Part shown: positions 10,859-24,100 of the stretch, in pieces
Position numbering within the stretch: the first letter of the stretch is position 1
Layout of the letters: each line of letters opens with the position of its first letter
The notes under the pieces: model-generated
Seen by the model: only the letters and a program-made list of their open reading frames with translations
What the model was told of the DNA's origin: nothing
Database searches by the model: none
NCBI GenBank assembly: GCA_001599295.1
Contig: BCGN01000004.1
Coordinates: forward strand, 376,138 to 440,137
Length of the DNA: 64,000 nt
Reading direction: 5' to 3'
Origin: Sporopachydermia quercuum
Lineage: Eukaryota
Program-made: the position numbers and the translations under genes

Positions 10859-12303
10859 TCAGTTATAAGAATAAGTCTTGAACTGGGAAATTGACTCATC
10901 ATGCACTTGCGATTCTTCTAGAGGTGTAGCCAACTGTTGAGAGTAAGCTTGCTTTTCGAAAAGACCCTCATTCTCATTTATATGACTATGATTATGGCCC
11001 TGAGTATGACTGTGATTGTGAGCATCAACAGTTGATCCTGATATCATATTGTTATTAACAACATTAGCATCTCTGCTGATAGGAACTTTTCTTGTATATG
11101 ATTCCATTGTCATAGGTAAATAAGCATCAGGCTCATGTACATAAGTAGATGTGTTGATAGGAGTGGAGATGGGGATTTGATGATGGATTAGATGCTCAGA
11201 TCTTTGCTGGCCGTAAGAATCCTCTGAGGGGATTTGCTGTTGGGGTATATGATGATTAGGTGAAGATGTTCTTATTTGATACGTTTGAGAGTTGTATTGG
11301 ATTTGCTGTGATTGTTGAGAGTTTGATTGAGGTGGTTGATATGATTGATAAGGATTGGGTTGGAGTTGCGGGGAGATAGTTTGACTTGGGTTCTGCGTCT
11401 GATGCGTTTGGTATGTTTGCTGGTATAGATATGGGTTATTCTGTTGGCCCTGTGATTGAGCTAACTGAGCTTGTTGATGGAACTGTTGCTGATGCAAATG
11501 TAACTGGTGAGTCTGTGATTGAGATTGCATTGACTGTTGAAGACGCTGATTATGGTTCACATTAATATGAGGAGAAGAAAGCTGCGGTGTCTGTGATACA
11601 CTACGTTGTGATCTATGACCTTGCTGAGGTTGAAGATGCCCCTGAAAAGTTATCTCGTGCTGCTGTTGTGTCATTGGTTGTGGTGATTGATGCTGCTGCT
11701 GATTTTGATGCACTCCCAGCTCCGGTTGTGATTCATGCGTCAAGTGATTTCCCATAGCTATACTACTTTGTTCATGATTAGAATAAGCTTGTAATAACTG
11801 ATCATCCATATTGATAACCTGTTCAATTATACCATCATCTTCTCCACTACTAGCAGGATTGACAGTTGAGATATGCCACATGTTATAATTCTTCTCAGTG
11901 CTTTTAGTGTTCTTTGAACTATAAGAATCTCCTCGTTTCTCTAAACTTTCCTTTAATCTGGGCCGGCCGCGGAATCCGACTATTCGTTTCCCATTTTCTA
12001 CTTTAACTAGCTGCGATGAACCTTCGACATTCCTAGAATCATCGACATCAAATGATAATTTTAATCCATATCCTTGACATATTCTACCAGTAGAACGACA
12101 GTTATTACAAGCTGGTTTTGCTTCATCGCATTTCCTTCGTCTGAAAATGATTGTAAGTTAGTATTTGGCATTGGGAGTAATAACAGTAAACATTTTAGAT
12201 ATCCTATTGCATTAACCTACCTTGCTTTACAGGTCCAACAGCCTGTTCTCACTCGAGTTCTTTTTGGCTTGTCCGCAGGTTTTATAACTTTTTCATCAGT
12301 CAT
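10859..12303 (-). CDS. Zn2Cys6 transcription factor with Q/H-rich low-complexity C-terminus (TF-A); exons 12303-12221 and 12140-10859 (454 aa)
   Basis: Splicing intron 12220-12141 (GTAGGT..TACTAAC..CAG) gives RTRVRTGCWTCKARRRKCDEAKPACNNCRSTGRICQGYG, a complete six-Cys cluster in frame with the 340-aa Q-rich ORF. Confidence 0.9.
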
Positions 12304-15300
12304 TTTGTTGGTTCTTATTGCGGTATAAATTCTCCTGTCAAACCATTAAGCATTTATAAATGTGTATGAAACAAGACAATTGCTAAAAGTTCCTTTCAAG
12401 GTGATCAATAAACAGATCTAATTGATAGATGCCACTGTAATTTTTGCTGTTTCTATGTTTATACAGACTGTTCTTTGTTGGTCCTGAGGTATTGTATGAG
12501 CACGAAAATAGGTGCAAGTATCGGTATCAAAAGAATGAGTATGGCAATCTATCAGATCAGATGCAATTCTTTAAGCAATACAATACTGTTTGGAAATTGA
12601 TTAATTATTGGAAACTTAATACGTTTTTGATCTGATAAGTTCTAATTATTCCACAGAATAATATACAGAAGTTTCATGCCTTTTTTTTTTTGTTATAGCT
12701 AGCAAAATTGAATCTAAGCTATTATATCAACTGCCGTAGATTAAAAAATGAATCGCTAAAGAAACATTCAATTGATCGAGTTCTCACTGCTTCCAAGTTG
12801 ACCTACTCAATCAACTGCTTGGCTATCCATAAAACTAATAAACTAATATTCTTGAGTCTGTCTTCATATTCTAGCCGATTACTAATGATAAAAATCAATC
12901 AAATAACCAATGAATCAAAAAGAGAACTTAGCAATTAACCGAACAACCTAGTTGATTAACAATTGACCTAGTCGAGTCAAGTGATTTTTTTTCTATCAAG
13001 AAAAGCAATTGAAAAGAAAGAAGCAAGATCAAGTTATTAAGGAAGGTTCTTCACTCAAAAGCTTGCAATAAGTCAAACATAAGTTTTCCATTCAATCAAC
13101 AACAAAACCTGAATGAGATAAAAGTGATGTACTTAGTTACTTCTTTAACACACTTTTATTCTTTCCAGAAAAACATACGAAGTGAAATTCTAATTCCAGA
13201 AAGATGGACGGAAACGATATACTGTATCAATCATACATAATCTCTGATGGGTTTCTGAGAATCAATTTCTCGAAGGAGATTTATTGATAAATTAGAAAAT
13301 TGAGCTGTAGAAAGAGGGTTAGTAGGGATGACTTGATTAATGAAACAGGTGATGTTTGAAATAATCAAAACCTTGGACAATAGGTTTTAAAAAGGTTTAG
13401 TATTGAAACGGGAATTGAATGGCGTAGATGATAAAGAGAATCGTAAACTATTTGACCAGCAAGAGGAAAAATAAAAGGGTTGACGGATAAACGAACAATT
13501 TTGTTGCTTCGTAATAGCCAGAAGCTTAAGTACAGTGAATGAAATAAGGTTAAAGTGCAAAAGAGGAATTAAGTTTAAGGATTGGATTTAAACTTGCCTA
13601 GGACCAATTAAAGTTAGAGTACTCAAACGGTCAAACCGGCGATAGAATGAAGAGAGTGGAGTAAACAAGTGTACTAGATACTGAATGAATTTGAAGAGTA
13701 GGTACTGATAGATTGTCGAGAGGAAGTGCTAGGTAGACTGCAAAGAAATCAGGTGAAACTTGGGTGGAACTCAAGTAGAAATCAGGTGAAAATAAAATGT
13801 CAAGAGATCATAACAGTTAGGTAGAAACTTCTATTTATAGTTATTATGGTTGTGTTTAGGACTGTTTTGTTGTTAGGTAAGCAAAACTAAATATTTATGG
13901 TTCTGGAAATAAAGTCGGCTTCTTTATGTGTTTGTTTGAATTACTAGAACACCGAAAGATACTGTTGATCAGATAGTTTCGAACAACCTTTACCCTGCAT
14001 TTTCCAGTTTATAAAGGGATTATTAATACTTTAAAAATGATTAACATGGTCATTCAATTTATAACTGAGACGATTCCAGTGACAACATGGATAATGGAGA
14101 AGCCAATAATTATCAAACAATATAAGGTATCAAATATTCAGAGTAACTGTCACAATGGATACAAGTATAATACTACTAATTATGAGAATCATCTGAATCT
14201 TTTTCCCAATAAATATACCAAAATTTGCCTACTGAGGATTTTAGTAGTCTCCTTCATTATTATTGGAATCCCGTCCGTTGTTGCAATTTCACTTCGGTAA
14301 ATGTTATTGAAAGCTATTGCAGAGAGAACCCTGTCCTCAATCAACTAACTACACGAGAGTTGTACTGTTCTGGTTATTTCTTCTTCCTTTTGCTGCAAAT
14401 GTTATTATTACTTTAATGTTTTTGATTAGTCAAAAGTTTAATTCAAGCTTAGGGGTGGTATATGTATACTTAATGCATCTAGCGTTAAAAGTGAGAAACA
14501 AACTTCCTTTTTCTCTGCATAGTGAAAAAATATTAAAGAGAATTTGGCAAAACATGTCAAAACATGGTTAAATGTCTTCCCAAAAAGTGGAATAAATTCC
14601 TTAAACCTTTACTGATGAATTAATTCCTGTGGGGATTTGCAATAATTTATCTGGCTTAATAAATGAAAATTGAAGTGTTAGAAATTGAATGATGGACATT
14701 TCATTTCAGTGATAATAACGAGAACAAAGAGAGAAAACAGAGTAGCTAGTATAGTTCAATAGCTGAATTGGGAAACTCTGGCTGAGTTATTTTTTTCTCA
14801 AAGTAAACAATTAGGAACTGTTTTGGTTATGTGGTTAAATAATGGCAGGTTTATCCTACCCTATATTGAGAGTTCCCTAATTCTCTTTATCAACTGATCG
14901 TACTGTTGCTTTTGGAAAACTATTGAGTTGGAAACAAAAATAACGTTTAAAGTTATAAAGAAGGAGAAACATGTACCAAATAAGGAATCAGTTGAAATTG
15001 TAAATTGAGTGACAAAAATGGTTCTAGTAAAATTCAGCGAATAAATTTGATGTTTGAATAAGCTGAAATATTGCAATCTCATGCCTTGAGAGTTCTATTA
15101 TTTATTACACATCATTATACTTTAAATTATTCTTTATTTTGTATCCTTTTAACAAAAGGAAATAGATGCCTAGATAAGAAGGAGACACGAGGATTTTGTT
15201 CGCTAAACGAAACAACTGAAATTAAGCTCTGAATGTACTAGTACTACGAAGGTTTAAGTTGTGAGTGAAAATAGGAATAGTGTAGCCCATTGAGTATATG

Positions 15301-18300
15301 ATGTAATGATAGAATCAATAAGAATCAAAAGAAAAAATTTGGAGAGAAGTAATTGATTGGAAGTGATAGAAAATATAGCTACATTGAGTTGAGATGCCTT
15401 ATTTGGAAGGAATGGAATGTAGACTTCGAATGTATGTATCATATGTATACTCAGTCAACTTCTAACTGACAGATGTATCAAAGCCTGAGACATACGAGAT
15501 CAGTATGTGATCAACCAAGCCCAGTAAGATCGCATTAGAATTCTTTTGCGAAAAGAAAGAAAATGTGAAGAAGAATTTTGGTTTTAGCTTGTACTACTTT
15601 TTAGAAATGATGGGAGTGCTGTGGAGACTATGTAGAGTTTTGTGGGATTCCTCCTTAAAGTATTTATATTCGTAATTATAAATTGTTTGATACAGGTTTG
15701 ACTACATTTGGGGGCATCTTGCAAGTTTCTTTACTGTTCATAGTTGTTATGAAATCTTTTTACCAACTTGTGAATTTCATTGCGTTTCCTTTTGTTTGCA
15801 TTCTTAATTGAGTAATAACCGACGCTTATTCTCCTGCGTTAAGAAAATTCAGGTGAACCGCTTTAAAAAAGTAGAATGAATTTCATGATTCTAGCCCATC
15901 AGATAGTTTGACATTCAGTATAATGACTTTTTTTAAATTACAAATTTGTTTGGAGGCCATTAACAAAATGCAAGGAAATCCGATTAACGTTGAAGTTGTC
16001 AGTGAGACTTTTTTTATCATGTTTTAGAATGAATTTATTGTCCTTCTTGAAGCTACTAATGTCAAAAGAAAGATATGTTTGTTTCCACATTTCAAAATAT
16101 GTATACTGCTTATTAAAACGAATTGGACAATACTAGAGCCTCTTGGTTAAGTTACAGTGAACCATTTTCTAATATATTATTCATTTGTTTGTTGATTTAA
16201 TTTCTCATCAACTCTATGAAAACTCACTTACATTTAAGGTTTAATTTTAGATTGGAATGGAACCCTAAAAATAATGGCAAGTTCTGTTTACTTTCTTTCT
16301 GCTCATATTAGAGGGATCAACATGAAGAATTTCATAGACATTCGGTGTATGGTTCTACTTATATGATGTAGTTGCAAATCGAGAACTTGTTGTAAGTAAG
16401 GGTAGGTAAAGGTACCACCAATACTCAAATTATCATATCCTATATAAAACAAGGTGATTTGCCTATTACGAAACATAGGATTGAAACAAAACATGTACAA
16501 AAGAAAATCGAAAGAGTAAATTGCTTATTGAATTAAAAGTTATTTTAGATTAAAGATTCGGAAAGCCACTAGTTTGAATTCGATACGCTTCATTCATATC
16601 ATACTTACTTTTGATATGACAAAAAACTGTGCGGTTAGTTTTCTATTCTCGTGATTCATTGTCTTAGCGAAATGATAAGTAATTAAGACTCTCTTAGGGA
16701 CAAGTTCATTCTCCAAGACAAATGTCTACCTGCTTGAATTCTCAGAGATAGTCTTCTTCTGAAAACTGCTTTTCTAGGAAGGTTAGTGAGCACCAAACTA
16801 TACTGAAATAAACCTTAACTCAAACTTATCGTGAAGTACGTAAATTTTTCATCTGGGCAATTAGATCAGAACAAAATTTTATCAAACAGAATTGATATAT
16901 ACGCACATTAAAGGTTAGAATCTCATTATATTAGAAATCGTTTGAGAAAAATTAAATAAAGGTCTCTCTTATGAGAAGATAAAAAGAGACAGTATAAAGG
17001 CTTATTGAGGTTTTGTTTTGCTGAATCAATGAATCAATTTACTCTGTTGAGCTATATATAGCTTTCAAGCCGTCGTTCGAACAAAAGTCCGATGTTACAA
17101 ATAGGAAAGTCGATAAGATGGCCGGGTTTTGAGATTTCTTGATTGAAGCATACGGACATCAAAATATTCTGGGTCAATTTTATGGAGAAGAAAAATGGTT
17201 TCTCACTTCCGCTGTTTCAAGGTTTTGTTAGTTTTGCTTTTGATGTAGAGCTAAATAAGGTAAATGTAGTGAGATAGTCGAGTTTAATTTGAATCCTGAG
17301 AGTTGAGCAAAGATGAGAGGATATATATTTCTTGGTACCACTTTGTTGAAAAATCAGTTTGAAACACTGAAATAGATGTTCAAGGAATGTATGTACTTTT
17401 AATTGAGATCATGAAAATATAGAGAAGTATGGAAATTAATAAAAAGAGTAGGTGAAGTGCTATTAACTTTGATTTGGTACATTTGTGCTTGGTTCATTGA
17501 CGGATAGCAATCCGCTATTAACGCTTTGTTAGGTTATCAATCATGAGTACACGAGTTATAATGCTGTAACAATATCTGTATTAGAATCAGTGATTTGCTT
17601 CCCACCTTCAATAGACACCTTTTCCTTCAATTTTGTCAGCCTTAGAATGAACTAAATTGCATAGCCACCATATTGTTGTATAAAGTTCATTTCTCACACA
17701 ATAATTATAACAGGTATGAGGTAAAAATAGTTAACTACCTGATTATTGTATTGGAAGAAAAGTTGTAACTAGGATTGGATATCTCCTTAACTTTCGTTTA
17801 GAATCTATTTTCTCATTTTTTCTTCTTAGAGAACCAAAAGGTTTGACACTTCATACGTTAACTAGATACTTAGAGCAGTTTAATCTTTAATTTGATGCAA
17901 TATGTTATCAATTCTAACTTATTCTATATTTGTATTTACAAAATCTAATTTCAAAAGTTGACTCCAAAGAATTGATAACCTAACAGCAGCATGTTTTGCA
18001 TGTTAGGTTATCTGTGAAAACAAACACAAGAGTACCAATAATTACTAGTATCTCTATAACATGATTCTTCTTACCGAAAACCAAACAGCAAAGCAACTTC
18101 ATAGTTCTATTAGGAGACTCAGAGGAGCGGAAGTCAACATTTTGGAGCTTAAAGGTCTGACTAAACTAAACTAATCAACCCAATAACTATGGGGGTTAAA
18201 CACTGACCTTCAGTACATCAAGATTTACAATTTCAGCTAAGTTGGTTAGTTTGAAACTCAATTTTACAACTGACCTTTTGATCTTGCTCTTGAGTCATAA

Positions 18301-21008
18301 TACATAACGAATTTTAAACGTTATTTGTTTTAAACCATTTAACATGTTAATCTTATTTTAATCAAATAAAATTGAAACAAAGTTTGATTTTAATATGCAA
18401 CTGTGCATCGTAAGACTTGAAAGGAAAGAGAATTTTTAACGTTTGCTTCTATAATTTATATTCTACACGATTCATACTTGAGTTATACTATATTAAAAAC
18501 CAATTAGGCAAGTAATCTTGATCAATTGAGAGTTAGTTGATTTATAATGAATCGTGAAGCAAAACAATATGGTATACAATGAATGAAATAACAATTAATT
18601 TGACGTGTTCTATTTGAAATTGGTTTATTCAATATAGCTCTAATTGTGCTTCCTAGCCTTAAAATTGTAGTATTATGATTGGGCATAGAATCAGTAGAAA
18701 AGTATCATATACAATTCAATTGTATAATTCAATTGAAACTTAGAAATTAACCTTCAACTAATTATTCATTATATTTCAATTGATTTTGCTTTCCTTCTTT
18801 TATGATTCAAGACAGTTTATCCAACTAGAAGCTGACGGATTAAACACAATGGGTCTATAAACTACAACTGTTACTAATTATTGAAAGGTTTGCCTTCTTT
18901 TGGGCATTTCACAGGAGTGATTCCATGCAGAGAACACCTGAATGTTCATAAATTTGATGAGAAGACCAAACCAATATATCTGGTTCTGAAGAGTTAATCA
19001 TAACAAATGGTGGAATAATTTAGAGTACAATCAAACGCGCTCCGCTCCTTCTTGGTCTGCACTCTTAGAGAAGGAATAGCTAATGCACTAGGGTTCTTCT
19101 TACTTTTTCTGGTGAATAGGATATCTCTTATCTTTGTTAGGCTTCACGGTGATTAGTTTGGTTGATAATTCTTTGAAGAAATATGGTTCATTGGATATCT
19201 AGTCTGACTTCATTGTTTATGAGTAGAATTCAATTGAGTGTAATCATTTGTTTGATTCAAAAGGATCAAATATTTTGTTCTGCTTGTTCTTGTGATAAAT
19301 TAATCTCACTTGATAATAGTTAATGTTATAGTGAAGCACTTGTCAAATGATGGATCAGCTGTTCAACCTTTAAATTTAGTTTCCGTTTCTTCTCTCAAGA
19401 ACTGTATGTTCAAAAAAACACTGATAAAAAATTGAAACACAGAATTAAACAAATTCAATTCAGAAAGAATATCTGGTTTCTAGGAATCTGAGTGAATTGT
19501 TGAGATACCAACTTTTCAAGATAATCAGATAAAGCTCCAGAGCTATAGAAGTTGGAATTTAGGAACAAAAATATCTTTTCATAATTGAGTTAAACCCAAT
19601 TCGAGTCGCTTCATAATACACCCTAAATTTCAATGAACCATTTATATATTTCTGCAAAAAAGGAACCCCTAATGTTCTCCAGTAGGAATTGAATTGGCAT
19701 CATTTACGTTTGTTTACGAAAAATATCAATTTTTTGTTTCCATTTTTCATATCTGAGTGGAAGCTAGGAACCTCGACAAGTATCAGTTTCCAAGGCTTCT
19801 AAGTCCAAAAACATATCAGTTCTGTGGATCTTATTAATTGGTATATCTGTATGTCACTGTTGTTAGTTATCAGAAAGCTTTTACGGTAGAAGCAATCTTA
19901 TGGCTTCATAGAAATTCAAAGGTTCAATATCTTGATGTGTTTGATTCGCCATCTAAACGTACCTTATAGGAAGTTTGAAAATAGGTACGCTGTATTTAAG
20001 AAAGATGGGGTCCAGAGGCTGAATTGAGTATGAGAACTTTTAAGATTCTGATTTCATGTCGAAGGCTATGTGAATGTTTTTTTCTTCTTCCTTCCTTCGT
20101 TTTTGTCTGGTTCCCAGTCTCAAGGGGAACTAGTCTGAGTAATGAGTCCAGAGAGAAAACACTTGATTGGATGATTGGCATTCAAATGCTGGTAGGAAGT
20201 CGTTACATAATTACTTAATTTGACGCTTTGAAACTTTACGATCAGCTTGAAAGAATATGTACAGAGACGATCATTTTTATCTTTAATTTTGATAACTTTT
20301 CACCAATAATCAGAATTGACTAGATATACAACAAATAGTTTATTTTTGAAGCAAACCACAAATCAAGTCAATATTTTGCCTCTCTGGATGGCATTCATAA
20401 GTCGATTAGTTCTCAGTAATTAATTCGTCATGGAACAACTAAAACTTTACAGTTCAGGTCTCTGGTCGAGTAAAAAGGTACTAAAATATGGTTATGGTTT
20501 AAACAAGTATGTTTGAATAATCTCAACTGAACCTTAATGTTTCAAATCCAATTACCTAACCTTGTTATTACTAGAGCAATTCTTGCCATTGAATTAACTT
20601 TTTAAAAAATGGTGTTAACCTTAAATTTGATTTTAACTTCTTTTGGTGTTTCCCCGTAACCTTACTTATTCTATAATCAATCAGACAATAATTGTCTGAC
20701 GTTTTCTATTTTTCTCACCCAATTGAAATGTATCAACAAAACTACTTCATTGTCGGATCATTTATTCAAAAAAATTGTTAATTGAGTCCCTTCGTTTCAA
20801 ACAAACTCACCTTTAAGTGTTTAATCGCAGTTCCTGATTTGATCGCAATCTATTGTCTTAAATAGAGAAACAAAAACCAGTCAAGTATTCTATTTATCAT
20901 TTCCCGACGCTATGANCAATTAAGGCCTAGTAATTCTACGTGTATATTTTTTTTATAGTTATTTGAGTAGTACCTCTTCTCAAAGCTAGTAGTATATTCC
21001 AATAGATT

Positions 21009-21033
21009 GAAAGGAAAGGAAAGGAAAGGAAAG
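21009..21033. repeat. (GAAAG)5 microsatellite downstream of TF-B
   Basis: gaaaggaaaggaaaggaaaggaaag read directly. Confidence 0.85.
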
Positions 21034-21145
21034 AAAATCTACTGAAATTTTGAATAAATTTTACAATTTCCACACAACATCAATACCTGCTTCTGTTCTT
21101 ACTCCTATTCCTGTTATTTTTGTAGGACACCTAACAAAAATGCTT

Positions 21146-24100
21146 CTACAATGGCATAATCTCAATCCCTTGGCCAAACCATTGGTCACTTGCTAGAATA
21201 TCTTCTAATTCGACATCAGATACCCAAATTTCATCAACAACATCAATCATGCTTTTCATATTTCCAAATTTATATGCATTGAACGACTTCTCCATACGAA
21301 TCCTTAAGAACTGTCGGTCTGTGGGGTTTTTGGCCTCACAGCATAGTATAAATATTGGCCAAATCATCTGTACAACAACAGGAGATCTGATATTCATTTC
21401 TTGTATAACACAAGTGAATTCTCTAATTAATGGATTAATTGTTTGATGATACTCTTTTCTGTTCAATGGAAATGGTATACCTTTCTTCTCAAATTCGTTC
21501 TTAGAATCATTATTGCCAACTCTAGTAGATTTCCTAGATTCCTTCATGTTCTCGCTACTGTTGTTAGTAGCATCAACGTTGACAGTGCATTTTCCGCTTT
21601 CTAGTTGAGGAAAATATAAAAGAACTGTTTTCAAAAGCCAAACAATTGTTGCCAAAGACCAGCATTGAGCACATCGTAAATTATCATAGTACGTAGAAGA
21701 CTTATTGTTGATTCCTGCCTCACTTTCAGTTTCGTTTTCATTGTCCTTTTCTTCTTCCATCCCTTCATTGAAAGGAACAAAATCCCTATAGGAAACCAGA
21801 GTAGTTTTCATTTTGGTAAACTTTTCAATGGCATCAGCAGCAGTGATTTTATTGTATCTCAACTCATTTCTGAAAAACGATAACTGGTTGATTGTTTGAA
21901 ATATCTCACCAGGACATCCGTTGACTGAAAACGTTGATATATTGAATATCTGATTTACTGATGACTTTGATCCTAGAAATTTACCATTACAGTGAGGTGA
22001 TCTACAATCTGGTGATATGACCGATATTATAGTGTCAAACCATGTGATGTGGCAAATAATCACAGATGAATGATCGATTTTAATGATCGAGTTGTATATC
22101 GATTCATTGCTCAACATTAATCCAACTGTTTTCAGGAATGGCCTTGTAAATGATGATTTTCCTGATTGAATAATGCAATAGATCATGTATATGTACACCA
22201 GCAGAACAATTCGGAAACTCCTATTATGACCTGGCTCGATATTAATGGTAGAAGCATTTATACTGCCATTAACTTGTTGAGAGTTTCCATCCTGGCTATT
22301 CAAACCATAATTTTTGTTTTTGCTCAATTCTTTATCACTGATATCAATATCATCATGGCTTTGCTGTGAATTACTCAAAAAGTGGTTTATATTAATAGAT
22401 GTCAATGATTTATGAAAATAGTTCTCTTCAATTGGTACCCAGTTGTGAAAGCAAGCAATTCGAATGATGGAACGTAATTTAGTAGATAAATTACTCAAAC
22501 TATCAGCATAAATGAGTTCCTTAATACTAATTGTCTTATCCTTATTACGACCTTTCCTATTAGTGGCTGGGTTTGAATTATTAACTGTTGCTAATATTCT
22601 AGAAAAAATATCATTTTGGTCGTCGTGTTCAATCAAGCCGTTAATATCGCTATTGCTACTCTTATTATCTATCGTTAACAATTCATTGATAAGAGCAATA
22701 ATTATATGATCAAATTGAATAATAGCTTGGGTGTATAATACAGAGGTATTGTCAATCCAATATAAATGAGAATAAGATAATGCTAAAAATGAAACTCTTG
22801 CTGTATCATAATTCAACTGTTTTATAGTCAAATGAGGGAAAGGAGTTCTTTCTAGATTGTCAATTATTGGCAGTAAATAATTGAAAAAGTGTGATAGAAC
22901 CTCATTTTCTTCGTCGTAAGATATTTTCTGATCAACAAAAGTTTTATAGTCAATATTTACTTCACAAATGGTTTGTAGAGACAAAATTATATCTTCAACT
23001 GGTTCCAATAGTTCAGAGGTAGTATCGTCGTTAGTAGAGATAAGATTCCTTTCCTCTGTTGTGATGGAACTTTGAGACGATGTTGTATGTTGGTTGTATG
23101 TATTTTCGATGTCATTTTTGATAGAATTTGTGAAGTAATCGCTATCAGATAAATGATTAATGATATTAAATTTTCCTGTAGTATTAGATTTTGTTTCGTT
23201 AAGATTGGTGATAGAATCGTTACTGACAGCAATGCTACTGCTTTCAGATGGAATTTTAGAAGCATGCACTTGCCCGATATAGTCATTATTGAGACTCTTC
23301 GTTGGCTCACTTTTAGAACCTATAAATTCAGGACTATTGTTAAGGTGNGGATTTAAATGAATAAAAGGTGTTTTCGTAGAAGGTAATGTCATTTCTAATG
23401 ACATAGTAGTGACGTCACTTGAATCCATCGAAGAATCAGTTGTTGTAAGGCCATCTGAATTCAAAATGCTGGCTAGATGGTGATGGAGATGATGATGACG
23501 CTGATGATGAACATTTTCAGTTGCCTTCGTCTGATGCTTCTGAGCAATAATATCATTGTTACTATTTTCTTTACAAGGTTTTCTTTTCTTGAAATTACTG
23601 TCAGTAACTACAACTTCATTCTTTTTTCCATTATTCTTCAGCTTCTGTTCGAACGCTTTTTGATCTGATATTTTGAACAGAAGATCTTTGTTTTTTCTAC
23701 TATGTTTATCTAGTGACAAATCATTTGTTATTGCTGTAGCTGGTGTTGTGCCATTTATGAACGCTTCATTTACAGAAGTACCGGTATTGTTCCCGTTCTC
23801 ATTGATATTGCCAGTGTTATTCCGGTTAGGTGTAGATACTTCGTCTCTTTTGGCAAGACTCTCTTTCAGCCTTGGACGACCTCTAAACCCTATGATCTGT
23901 CTTCCTTTCGAATTAATCATAATATGATTGCTAGAGATATTTCTTGAGTCATCGACATCAAATGATAATTTTATACCATAACCTTTACATTCTCTTCCCG
24001 TGCTTTTACAATTATTACATATTGGTTTGGTCTCATCGCATTTTCTCCGTCTGAAAAAATGGTTAGTCAATTGCTATATCCAAATAGGGAAGAGCTTCAT

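Noticed and set aside
12335..13178. Long 5'-UTR intron for TF-A (GTATGT at 13178 to CAG at 12335)
   Set aside because: No consensus branch point near the acceptor; unsupported without RNA data.
18062..18085. CDEIII-like string TGATTCTTCTTACCGAAAACCAAA in the desert
   Set aside because: The CCGAAA spacing fits, but the upstream 80 bp is not extremely AT-rich and there is no RTCACRTG CDEI, so a point centromere is unsupported.
12444..20218. Short 60-90 aa ORFs in the desert
   Set aside because: Many have non-ATG starts, compositions typical of AT-rich noise and no recognisable motifs; no transposon or LTR signature and no long inverted repeat found by eye.
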